Source: Verrucomicrobiales bacterium (GTDB taxonomy: Bacteria; Verrucomicrobiota; Verrucomicrobiia; Limisphaerales; JAYPXF01). From it: a DNA stretch of 64,000 nucleotides. This document shows, piece by piece, positions 36,059-44,976 of the stretch. The first letter of the stretch is position 1, and each line of letters starts with the position of its first letter. The position numbers and the translations under genes were made by a program. Where the stretch lies: assembly GCA_002715965.1 (NCBI GenBank), contig PBAL01000099.1, forward strand, positions 65,749 to 129,748, given 5' to 3'. The notes beneath the pieces are model-generated. The model saw nothing but the letters and a program-made list of their open reading frames with translations, had not been told where the DNA came from and did no database searches.

Positions 36059-38386
36059 TCAATCCACATAGATGAATTCATTGCTCGCCAGCATCGCGCG
36101 AACGAAGCTCGGCCAGGCGGGATTTCGTGATTTGGCGAAATCGAGTTCCGCATTGGTTGGCGGGCGATTGAAGATGGTTTGGTAGAGCCAGTTCACCACT
36201 TCGGCTGGCTCGTCGGAGACTGCGCTCGCCCGTTTCGCAATGGCCTCGACCTGTTCGTGAACAAAATGCGAGTTCATGAAGTAGAGGGCCTGCAGGGTGG
36301 TGGTGGATTCACGGCGCTTCCCGAAGTGCAGGTTGCCGTCCGGTCCATCGAAGAGGTCGAGGTAAGGGTTCTTTTGAATGCGTTGCTGCATCTGGTAAAC
36401 GCTGCGCCTGTTCGAAGTGTATTTCTCCTGGAACGGTTCGTGTTGACGATAGAAGTAGGTGAGGTGATGAGGAAAGGGATGGCGGCCGCCGGGTGTGAGA
36501 TCAAGTTGGCCGGTGAAGGAGAGGATCGAATCACGCAACTGTTCCGCGTCGAGGCGTTGACGGTTCGACCGCCAGTGCAGTTTGTTGTCCGGATCTTCGG
36601 AGAGATTTGCGGTGACTTCAGTGTTCGCGAGTTGATAGGCCTTGGAAGACAAAATCAGCCGGTGCATTTCCTTGATCGACCATCCGTGCTCGACAAAGTG
36701 TGCAGCGAGGTAGTCGAGAAGTTCGGGATGTGTTGGCGCAGTTCCACGAACGCCGAAGTCGCTCGTTGAATCCACCAGTCCGCGTCCGAAGTGATGGTGC
36801 CAGATGCGATTGACCATGACGCGGGCGGTCAGCGGATTCGCAGGATCGGTTAGCCAGTCCGCCAGTTCGCGCCGGCCACTACCCATGGCATTTTCGGGCA
36901 GCTTCTGCCCGCCCAGGATTTGAAGGAATCCGCGCCGAACGATTTCGCCACGGGAACTTCTTCTGTGGTCGCCCTGCTTCATCACATGGGCGTCTTCGGA
37001 GTTTCCTTCGGACGCAGCAAACGCAATCTCCAGTTCCGGAAAGGTCGCGGCAACAGCTGCGCGATTTGCTCGGATGACCTGCAGTTCGGCCCAGGTGGAT
37101 TCGCGGGTCTTGGCTTCTTTCACCTCCTTCGTTTGGAATGACTTGTACTCAAAGAACTTGTCGCGTTCGCGTTTGTCCCACGAAGCGAGCTTGGCGCGAT
37201 GAGGTTTTAGCAGTTCATTCGCTTTGGTCTTTCCGACGCGATAGACGAAGTCCTCGCGATAGGGTTTGTGCTCGGCGCCCGCGTGTGGGTAGACCGTGCT
37301 GTTGAAGATGCCGTATAGCGCATAGTAATCGGCGGTCGGTATTGGATCGAATTTGTGATCGTGGCAACGCGCGCAGCCGACGCTCAGCCCAAGGAAGGTC
37401 TTGCCCACGTTGTTGATCGTGTCTTCCAGGGTGATGTGGCGCATTCCGTGCGGGCTTACGCCGATCCGGCGCGAGATGGCGAGATAGCCGGTCGCAATTG
37501 TCTGTTCCCAACGTCCGTCATCGTCCTTGGCCGGCAAAAGGTCGCCGGCGATCTGTTCGCGTACGAACTGGTCGTAAGGCTTGTCGCTGTTGAAGGCGTT
37601 GATGACGTAGTTGCGATACTTGAAAGCTTCGGGAACCGGGAAGTCCGCAGCATCCCCCGCGGTGTCGGCATAGCGGACGAGATCCAGCCAATGACGTCCC
37701 CAGCGTTCACCGTACTGCTGTGAGGCAAGCAGGCGTTCGTAAAGCTTGCGCCAGGCATCCGGAGATCGGTCCGACAGGAATCGGTCGATCTGTTTCGTGG
37801 ACGGAGGCAACCCGGTGAGATTGAAGGTGGCTCGACGAATCAAAGCAAGCCTGCTGGCGCGCTCGACCGGTTCCAAACCACGTTTGCTCATCGCCGAGTG
37901 AATGAATGCATCGATCGGGTGCGACCAGTCCTTTGGTGCGTCCGGTAGCGCTGGTTTTTGCACGGGCTGAAAGGACCAGTGATTGCGTTGCGCCTCGGTG
38001 ATCGCTCCGGAGGCAAACGCGATTTCAGCATCGCTCGTCCAATGCGCGCCCTCTCGGATCCAGCGCGTCAGGTTGGCGATGACGTGATTCGGCAGGAGCG
38101 ATTTGGGTGGCATGGACAGTTCCCGATCGCGATGCGAGATCGCTCGAATCAAACGGCTCTGTTCTGGTTTGCCGGGAATGATCGCAGCCCCGCTTTCTCC
38201 GCCCTTCAGTGCTGCCGCCAGTGAATTGAGTTTGAGTCCGCCCTTTGCCTTGTGCCCATGGCATTCGAAACAATGGGTCGCGAGGATGGGACGGATCTTG
38301 GATTCGAAGAACTCTGTTCGTTCATCCGCCGGGCAGAAACCGGATAGACCCAGCAAGCTGAGGATGATTGAGAGCCGGAGAAACAC
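36059..38386 (-). CDS. PSCyt/DUF1549/DUF1553 (PSD1) protein
   Basis: Signal peptide present. A CxxCH motif lies at 38258-38272 (CFECH). The DUF1549 motif is GCARCHDHKFDPI. The C-terminus is LASNEFIYVD. Confidence 0.9.
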   Translation of the reverse strand: MFLRLSIILSLLGLSGFCPADERTEFFESKIRPILATHCFECHGHKAKGGLKLNSLAAALKGGESGAAIIPGKPEQSRLIRAISHRDRELSMPPKSLLPNHVIANLTRWIREGAHWTSDAEIAFASGAITEAQRNHWSFQPVQKPALPDAPKDWSHPIDAFIHSAMSKRGLEPVERASRLALIRRATFNLTGLPPSTKQIDRFLSDRSPDAWRKLYERLLASQQYGERWGRHWLDLVRYADTAGDAADFPVPEAFKYRNYVINAFNSDKPYDQFVREQIAGDLLPAKDDDGRWEQTIATGYLAISRRIGVSPHGMRHITLEDTINNVGKTFLGLSVGCARCHDHKFDPIPTADYYALYGIFNSTVYPHAGAEHKPYREDFVYRVGKTKANELLKPHRAKLASWDKRERDKFFEYKSFQTKEVKEAKTRESTWAELQVIRANRAAVAATFPELEIAFAASEGNSEDAHVMKQGDHRRSSRGEIVRRGFLQILGGQKLPENAMGSGRRELADWLTDPANPLTARVMVNRIWHHHFGRGLVDSTSDFGVRGTAPTHPELLDYLAAHFVEHGWSIKEMHRLILSSKAYQLANTEVTANLSEDPDNKLHWRSNRQRLDAEQLRDSILSFTGQLDLTPGGRHPFPHHLTYFYRQHEPFQEKYTSNRRSVYQMQQRIQKNPYLDLFDGPDGNLHFGKRRESTTTLQALYFMNSHFVHEQVEAIAKRASAVSDEPAEVVNWLYQTIFNRPPTNAELDFAKSRNPAWPSFVRAMLASNEFIYVD

Positions 38387-38483
38387 TTCGCGGATGATAT
38401 CTCATTCCCCACCGCCATCAAGCGCGTCGATGATCCGCGGTAAGGAGCGTGCGTGATTGAATGGTGGCAACCGGCAACAGAGA

Positions 38484-38558
38484 CCGCAACTGAAACCGAG
38501 AGTCTTCTCACTCACCCTCAATCCCACTCCCGCTGGGAGATGGAAGTTGTGCTGTCGC
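38484..38558 (-). repeat. Copy C1 (full-length type, inverted) of the dispersed intergenic repeat family
   Basis: The reverse complement matches 2114-2188 at 62/75 positions by eye. Confidence 0.7.
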
Positions 38559-38583
38559 CATGCATGACCATTTGCTGGATGAA

Positions 38584-38622
38584 AGCGGGGCTGAGGGAGA
38601 ACGCATCAAAAACCGTTTGATC
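38584..38622 (+). repeat. Copy C2 (short type) of the dispersed intergenic repeat family
   Basis: agcggggctgagggagaacgcatcaaaaaccgtttgatc. Its 3' 30 nt match 49189-49220 at about 27/30. It is inverted relative to C1, which lies 25 nt away. Confidence 0.65.
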
Positions 38623-38710
38623 TGACTACCATCAATCACACACGCAAGGATCAGATGGCTGCCTTACTCAGGACGAACGAGCGTGTGAGTCCCTCCACAT
38701 TGATCGCTAG

Positions 38711-40687
38711 CTAGCGCAGGTCGTCTTTGGCGCGGGCCGTGACCTTGGCCTGGGCGGCCGCCTTGTTGCGGCTGTAAGTGGCGACCTGGTTCTTCAGGTA
38801 GTCGCGACGTCGGCGGGTGGAATCGGCCGTGCTCTTCTTGCGATCGCGATCAGATTTGATGCGGTAGAGGTCGCGCTTGAGATTGTCGGAATTGCGCTTG
38901 GCTTGATCGCGTTTGGACTTGGCCTGGCGTTCTTCGTTCTCGCGCTTCTTGTTCAGTTCATCCGCGGCCTTCCTGTCCTTTTCGGCCCTGGTCAGCTTTG
39001 CCTTCCAGGTGGCCTTGTCCTTGTCGCTGAACTTGGATTGGTATCGGTTCCAGTGGCTTTGCACGGATTTAAGTGCGCTGGCGAATCGGCGCGCGTCCGA
39101 ATCGGCGCGGCTGGCGTAGGTTTTTGCCCTGCGATAGTCGCGATCGGAGTTCGTGTAGGCGGAGGTGGACTTCCGGTATTCGCTCTCCTTCTTGGTGTAG
39201 CTGGTCTTGGCTTCGTCGTAGGCCTTCTGTGCCTTGGCATAGGTATCTTCGGCCGCCTTCAGTTGTCCCTCGTAATCTTCCAGCTTGGCTTTCGCGGCCC
39301 GGAGCGCTGCGTCTTCACTGTTCATCTTCGAACGTTCCCGGCTTTGGTCGCGCGCGCGTTTGTCCTTCTCCCTCGCCGCGAGCTTCAGGAGGTTCTCGGC
39401 TTTGCGCCGTTCGTCTTTGGGCGCCTGGACGGATTTCTTGGCGTGAATGGAATCGGGACCGAGATTCACGCTCGTCGGGTAAAGCTCCTCGCCCTTGCCC
39501 ATGCTGATGATGTGGATCTGGTCGAGGGGAATGCGCAGTGATTCCAACACGGAGCTGGAAAGATTCAGGCTGTCTTCGGTGAATTCCACCTTGTCCGCGA
39601 GCAGGACCGATCCGTTGAGCAGCTGGACTCGGAAGGCGGAAGGCTCGGCCTTGGGAATGCGCAATTGCAGGGCCATGGTTTCATACTTGGTGTCCAGGGT
39701 CTGGTAGCCGAAGAGCAATGAGCTGAGCTTCAGGTTTCCCTTTTCCAGGCTCTTGAAATCGCCGTCCACGAAGTCGCCACCAACCATCAACGCGCCGAGC
39801 CGTGAGGGGCGGACTTTGACCGCGGTATGAAGCGGGATGTCGCGGAACACGACACGCGCGACGTTCAGGGTGGAGATCGAGAGATCCTTGAAGGGGCTTT
39901 CGAGAATCATCGCGGTGTCGTTTGCGCGATTGACCCTGGCCGCAAGGTAGGATCCGTCGCGGAGGATCACACCGTTCTTCAATCCGGTCTGTGCGATGTC
40001 CGGGCCGCGGTAGGTGGCCTGGGCATCGTTCGGCGGCCGGAGGTCCAGCTTGGATAGATCCTGGCGCTTGTGCTCGGGGCCATCCCACTCAAGTTCGATG
40101 ACCGCCTCGCCGGTGGATTCGAAATACTCCACGAGAATTTTGTGTGGCTTGCCCTTGTCGAGTTTGATCACGCCCTTGTTCTCGATGACGCTGTGGTTGG
40201 TCCAGTTGTCGATGATGCGCTTGTCGTTGATGCTCACCCGCACGCCGTCGTCCGAGTCGGTGAAGAATGTGTGTTCGCCGGTGTGTGGCACTTCGAAGGT
40301 TCCTTCCCAGCGGATGCTGAAGTGATCCTCGCGCCAGCCCTTGAACGGCCCGCCCCCGCCGAATTGAAAGTCGATCCCCTTGTCGATGCGCGTGCGGCGC
40401 GGACCATCCAGGTTGGTCCGCTCGAAGTAGGTGCCCAACAAGCCGGCACCGGACTTGAGACGTTTTCGAAAACTCTCCGACCAGATGGCGTCGCTCGCCT
40501 GGATCTCGATGGAACGATTCGAGCCGGGAATGACGATCTCGGATTTGCCGTCACTCGTGAGCTGAAGTCCCTTGCCGGCAACGAATTTGAGCGCGCCTTC
40601 GATCTTGGAGCCGTCGGTGCGGGTGACGATACCGGCCTGGACGGACAAGCCGGAAAGAACGAACAGGACAGACAGGAGGCGATGCAT
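38711..40687 (-). CDS. Exported PA14-domain protein with a long charged coiled-coil tail
   Basis: Start set at ATG 40687 (MHRLLSVLFVLSGLSVQA), 2 nt after the upstream stop. The PA14 signature reads GLLGTYFERTNLDG...FSIRWEGTFEVPHTGEHTFFTDSDDGVRVSINDKRIIDNW...ILVEYFESTGEAVIELEW. The C-terminal 242 aa are rich in K/R/D/E/S. Confidence 0.85.
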   Translation of the reverse strand: MHRLLSVLFVLSGLSVQAGIVTRTDGSKIEGALKFVAGKGLQLTSDGKSEIVIPGSNRSIEIQASDAIWSESFRKRLKSGAGLLGTYFERTNLDGPRRTRIDKGIDFQFGGGGPFKGWREDHFSIRWEGTFEVPHTGEHTFFTDSDDGVRVSINDKRIIDNWTNHSVIENKGVIKLDKGKPHKILVEYFESTGEAVIELEWDGPEHKRQDLSKLDLRPPNDAQATYRGPDIAQTGLKNGVILRDGSYLAARVNRANDTAMILESPFKDLSISTLNVARVVFRDIPLHTAVKVRPSRLGALMVGGDFVDGDFKSLEKGNLKLSSLLFGYQTLDTKYETMALQLRIPKAEPSAFRVQLLNGSVLLADKVEFTEDSLNLSSSVLESLRIPLDQIHIISMGKGEELYPTSVNLGPDSIHAKKSVQAPKDERRKAENLLKLAAREKDKRARDQSRERSKMNSEDAALRAAKAKLEDYEGQLKAAEDTYAKAQKAYDEAKTSYTKKESEYRKSTSAYTNSDRDYRRAKTYASRADSDARRFASALKSVQSHWNRYQSKFSDKDKATWKAKLTRAEKDRKAADELNKKRENEERQAKSKRDQAKRNSDNLKRDLYRIKSDRDRKKSTADSTRRRRDYLKNQVATYSRNKAAAQAKVTARAKDDLR

Positions 40688-40689
40688 GG

Positions 40690-41745
40690 TCAGCGTTGGT
40701 AAAGCGGGATGTAGTGATACGGCATGGCGAGGATCATCGTGTATACGGCGGTCGTAAAGTTGGTGCCGACCCCGCCACGTCCACGGGCTTCCCAATAGGA
40801 GACGCTCTTTTCGGTGATGACCTGGCCCATGAGGATCTTCTTCACGTCGTCATACCATTTCTTCCACGTAGGCCCGCCGATCATGTAGTGCGCCGGCGCT
40901 GCGTAGAAGTTGCCGTAGGTGAACCACTCGTGATCTTCGCGCTGGGTTTCGAAGAGAAACTTGGAACCGGCCTTCACCTTCGGATCATCGTATTGGCCAC
41001 AGACTTGAAGGGAATAGATGGCGGCCGCGGTTCGAGCAAAACCGGCTTCGCGATTGGGCTGATAACAGAACCCGCCCTCGTCTTCCTTGTAGCAACGGCG
41101 AACGTAGGCGACGGCGTCGTCGATGGTTTTTTGCGGGACTTCGAGTCCGGCGTTCTTGGCTGCGCGAATGGCGACGAGTTGAAGAACGGTCACTGAGATA
41201 TCGGCATCCTTGGCGATCGGACGATAGCGCCAGCCACCGTGGTGCTGATCCTGATCGGCCTGTGCGCTGACGATGAGGCGGACGACGCGTTGCAGCTTGC
41301 TGCGGATGACGGGCGACCGGGTTTGTCCGTATAGCTCGGCGAGCGCAATGGTCGCAATGCCATGGGAATACATGTACTGGCCGTCGCGACCGCTGCCGTA
41401 GAGACCTTCCGGAGAAATCAGGTCCAGCAGATAGTTCATGCCCCCGGTGACGTTGCGGCCGAACTCGCCTTCACCCGGAAGATGGCCGGCGGCCTGGAAG
41501 GCCATGAGGACGTAGCCGGTCATGGCAATGGTGTATTTGTTGCGATCCTCGGACGCGCTCCAGGAACCGTTTGGCAGCTGTCGTTTCGCGAGAAACTTCA
41601 AGGAGCCGTCGATGATCTTTTCCGTGTTCTTGTCGACGACGACGGTGTTCTGGTCCGCTTTTGCGGCGCGGAGATTGGCGACGGGTGCGAGCGCGATGAG
41701 CAGGACCAACGTGCAACGAATCACGAACGGGGATCGGGTTTGCAT
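40690..41745 (-). CDS. Exported prenyltransferase/squalene-oxidase-repeat (alpha/alpha toroid) protein
   Basis: Signal peptide present. Repeats of the type KRQLPNGSW..., GGWRY... and EGGFCYQP, plus helical-hairpin spacing, are typical of this repeat family. I see no DxDD or DDxxD motif. Confidence 0.75.
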   Translation of the reverse strand: MQTRSPFVIRCTLVLLIALAPVANLRAAKADQNTVVVDKNTEKIIDGSLKFLAKRQLPNGSWSASEDRNKYTIAMTGYVLMAFQAAGHLPGEGEFGRNVTGGMNYLLDLISPEGLYGSGRDGQYMYSHGIATIALAELYGQTRSPVIRSKLQRVVRLIVSAQADQDQHHGGWRYRPIAKDADISVTVLQLVAIRAAKNAGLEVPQKTIDDAVAYVRRCYKEDEGGFCYQPNREAGFARTAAAIYSLQVCGQYDDPKVKAGSKFLFETQREDHEWFTYGNFYAAPAHYMIGGPTWKKWYDDVKKILMGQVITEKSVSYWEARGRGGVGTNFTTAVYTMILAMPYHYIPLYQR

Positions 41746-41749
41746 GGAA

Positions 41750-44700
41750 TCAACGAGTGCCGCGGCTGGCCTGGTCAGAAAGGTTCTTCAGGTATTGCTC
41801 GACGAGCGGGCCGAACTCCTCGGGATAACTTTCGCCAAGAGATTGTAGGATGGCGTTTCGTTCGCGGGCGGGAAGTCCGATGAAGGTGTTGCGATCGGCC
41901 ACACGCCGGAGGCGACCGTCGGTTCCACCTTTGCCGTTGAAGTTGCCCTTGTCGCCGTTGCCTTGTCCGTCCTTGCTGTCTTCCTGCGCCTTGTTCTTGC
42001 CCGGCCCCTTGGCGTTGCCCTTGCCCTTCTGTTCGCTTTCGCCACGTCCGCCTTCGCCCTGGGCCATCTGTTGTTCGGCATTGTTGCCGAGACCCTTCTG
42101 CGCGAGTGCGAGAGCAGCGGCTGCCTTGTTGAGCGAACTCTGGGCCTGTTGCGCGTTTTGCTGGGCGGGTGAGGCATCGCCGGAGGTGGCCTGTGCGGAA
42201 GCTTCGGTCAGCGCGCGTTGGGCGGCACGCAATGCGAGTTGGGCATCCATGGGCAACATGCTGATGGCGCCACTGGTCAATGGAGAAAGAAGTTTGTTCG
42301 CATCATCGAGCGGTTCGGCGGCCAACTCGGGTTTTGCCTGGGCCAGTTGCTGGGCGATGGCGCGGAGGTCGCCTTGTTCCTTCGCGAGTTGAGCGGCATC
42401 GGCGGGTTTGGAATTGGATTTGCCTTGTCCGGAGTTTGGCTTGGCTCCTTTGTTGGAATCGCCCTTCTCGGATTCACCCTGGGGATTGTCGCCCTGGTTA
42501 TTCTCACCCTTGGAATCAGGTTTCTTCGCAGATTCAGATTGTGCGGCCTTCTTGAGATTATCTTCGGCCTTGGCCATTTCGCCAATGGCAGACGGCACAT
42601 CCTTCGCGCCGAGTTCGTCAGCGGCTTTCCTGGCGGCCTTGCTGGCATCGAGGAGGACGGGGGAATCAGGCTCGGCCTTTGCCTTCTTGTCCACCTTTGC
42701 GGCGAGCTTGCCCTGCTCGTCCTTCACGAGCGCCTCAAGTGTAGCCGGCGCATCCAGCTCACTGACGGCCTTGTTGACGAGGAGTTGCGCGGCCGCGACT
42801 TGTTCGGTGGCTTCGGCGAGCATATCCGGTTTGCTTTCTTCGGGTTTGCCGAGGGCCTTGGCGATTTCTTCCTTCTTGCGATCGATCTCCTGCTTGGCGG
42901 TCAGGAGATTCTCGATGGCGCGGCCTTGTTCCTGGCGTGCGGCGTTTGCGTCCGGCTTCTTCAATGCCTTGGCCGCCTCGGCCATGTCATTCGATGCGCT
43001 GGCGAGGTTGCGGGAAGCCTGGGGAACGGTCTGGGTTGCTTCACTCGCGGTCTTCGATGTTTCGTCGGCGAGGTTGTTTTGTCTCGGAGCCTGGGCACGG
43101 GCCTGTCGCTCGCCTTCGGGCGAACGGGCTTCGGCGGCCTTGGCGGTCTGAAGCTGCACCTTGAATTGTTCCTGAAGCAGCTCCGTGACCTTTTCTCCAA
43201 GTTTGTCGAGCTTGGCGAGTTGTTCCTCGGCTTTCTCGAGCTTGGCCACTTCCTGGGAGAGTTCGGACTCGGCGCGCTTCAAGGCATCGGCCGCAGCCTG
43301 CTGGGTCAGTGGGGCGGGCAGTTTGTTGGCGAGAGATTCAGCGGCCTTGCCCATCTGTTTGGCAGCCTCGGCGAGCGAATTGGCAGCTTCCTTGGCGAGG
43401 GGAATTGATTTTGCGTGGGCGTCCTGGGCGAGCGCCTTGAGCGTTTGTTGCTGGGCGGCATGCTGTGGCAGCAGGTCCTTCTTGTCCTTGGGAACGAGCG
43501 CAGCCACGGCCTTGGCGTCGGCCTGCTTCTGTGAGAGTTCCTGAACTTCGGCGAGAAGCTTCTTCAACTTGGAAATCTTGTCTTCGGCTTCTTCGCCGGC
43601 TTTCTGTGCTTCCTTGATCTTCTTCGCGAGGATGACGCGGGCTTCATGCATCTTCGTCAAAGCCTCGCGCTGCTTTTCAACAACTGGTGATTCTTCCTCG
43701 TTGTTGCTCCGGCGTCGCGTGGTCGGCGCGTTGCGGAGTTCGGCGCGCGCTTGTTGTTGACGGTCGATGGACTCGTTCAATGCGCTGGCGGCAATCGGGG
43801 CATGTTCGGCGAGGTCTTCGCGGATGACGTCGGTTTCGTCGACGACTTTCATCTGACCTTTCTCAATGGCGTTCCGATCGTCTGTCTCCAGCTTCTTCTC
43901 GGTGGCCTTCTTGGTTTCATCAATGAGGGCTTCCTGTTTGGCCATGGTCTTCTGCAGGTCGCGCAAGGCTTCCTTGAGAATGGTCATGGTGTCGCGATCG
44001 GGACGAAGCAGTCGGGCAAGTTCAACGAAGAGATCGCGGGCGCGCTTTTCGTTTCCAGCCGCGCTTTTGAGGTTGGATGCCTTCAAGTCGTCCGCAGCGC
44101 TGGTGACGATGAGTTCGAGTTCACCTTCACGCGCGCGGGCCACGGCCATCCGTGGTTTCTCGGCGGGCAAGCCGTCCATTTCGCTGACGACGTCGTAGAG
44201 CTTGTCCAACACGATGATGGTCTCGTCCTTGATGGTGACCTGCTCGGTCGACTGGAGCTGGAGGGAGATGCGGTGCGATTCCTTGCTGCGCCGGGCATCG
44301 CGTCCACCGGTGGCACCAAAGAGCGCGATGGTCTCCGCCATGTTTGCGCCTTGCCGGCGTCCGAGATCGCGAAAGCGACGGGCAATCTCGCGGAGAATCT
44401 GCTGACGCTGGTATTCCAGGAGGAGATGACGGAGTTGAACGATGATGGTTTTCTGGCCGGCGTAGGCGTTGAGGGTGTTCTCGCTGGATTTGCCGGGCTC
44501 GCTCGTGTTGCGGGCGGATTGCAGAAGGGCGATGACCTTTTTGATTTCGTCCTGCGTCAAGTCGCCGAGCACACTGCGAATCGCCTTGAGCACGGCGACG
44601 TCGTCACCGGCCAGGCCATTACGTTCGTATTCATCGATGATGACATCGAGCTGGGCGCCGACTCTTGCGGTCGTGTCCCTTATTTGTGATTGGCGGAGTT

Positions 44701-44821
44701 CCTGTTGGAGCAGGAGATCGGTGGCGTTCAGCTCGGTGTTCTCCGCCTGGGCGGTACGGGGCGCGAGCACTGCGAGTGCGCAGAACGTCAGCGTGATGAG
44801 AATGTGTCGATACATTGGCAA
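41750..44821 (-). CDS. Exported 1023-aa low-complexity coiled-coil protein
   Basis: Signal peptide (LTFCALAVLAPRTAQA). A/E/K/Q-rich helical sequence runs throughout, with G/N/K/Q-rich spacers and a distinct C-terminal segment (FIGLPARERNAILQSLGESYPEEFGPLVEQYLKNLS). Its stop lies 4 nt before the next start. Confidence 0.8.
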   Translation of the reverse strand: MPMYRHILITLTFCALAVLAPRTAQAENTELNATDLLLQQELRQSQIRDTTARVGAQLDVIIDEYERNGLAGDDVAVLKAIRSVLGDLTQDEIKKVIALLQSARNTSEPGKSSENTLNAYAGQKTIIVQLRHLLLEYQRQQILREIARRFRDLGRRQGANMAETIALFGATGGRDARRSKESHRISLQLQSTEQVTIKDETIIVLDKLYDVVSEMDGLPAEKPRMAVARAREGELELIVTSAADDLKASNLKSAAGNEKRARDLFVELARLLRPDRDTMTILKEALRDLQKTMAKQEALIDETKKATEKKLETDDRNAIEKGQMKVVDETDVIREDLAEHAPIAASALNESIDRQQQARAELRNAPTTRRRSNNEEESPVVEKQREALTKMHEARVILAKKIKEAQKAGEEAEDKISKLKKLLAEVQELSQKQADAKAVAALVPKDKKDLLPQHAAQQQTLKALAQDAHAKSIPLAKEAANSLAEAAKQMGKAAESLANKLPAPLTQQAAADALKRAESELSQEVAKLEKAEEQLAKLDKLGEKVTELLQEQFKVQLQTAKAAEARSPEGERQARAQAPRQNNLADETSKTASEATQTVPQASRNLASASNDMAEAAKALKKPDANAARQEQGRAIENLLTAKQEIDRKKEEIAKALGKPEESKPDMLAEATEQVAAAQLLVNKAVSELDAPATLEALVKDEQGKLAAKVDKKAKAEPDSPVLLDASKAARKAADELGAKDVPSAIGEMAKAEDNLKKAAQSESAKKPDSKGENNQGDNPQGESEKGDSNKGAKPNSGQGKSNSKPADAAQLAKEQGDLRAIAQQLAQAKPELAAEPLDDANKLLSPLTSGAISMLPMDAQLALRAAQRALTEASAQATSGDASPAQQNAQQAQSSLNKAAAALALAQKGLGNNAEQQMAQGEGGRGESEQKGKGNAKGPGKNKAQEDSKDGQGNGDKGNFNGKGGTDGRLRRVADRNTFIGLPARERNAILQSLGESYPEEFGPLVEQYLKNLSDQASRGTR

Positions 44822-44976
44822 AACTGGTTGTACGATTGCAGGTGCCTAATCGAACTCACCTGCTGAGCGGCCTATTCTATCGGGCTGAAGGTGACCGGCA
44901 ATGATGAATAGCGGACGCGCGGATTCCGGCGTCGGTTGCACAATTCGCCGAGTTCAGCGGGAATCCGCGTTTTTCC

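Noticed and set aside
42218-44689. Long plus-strand ORFs (396 aa and 312 aa, plus several of 100-250 aa) inside 41750-44821
   Set aside because: They are antisense to the coiled-coil gene. Low-complexity GC-rich coding sequence keeps opposite frames open. The translations are G/L/F-rich with no motifs.
41750-44821. Possible CRISPR-like or tandem-repeat array, suggested by recurring gccttggc/ggcgag strings
   Set aside because: The recurrences are codon-level echoes of A/K/E/L-rich coiled-coil coding sequence. There are no constant-length direct repeats with unique spacers, and I saw no CRISPR array anywhere in the window.
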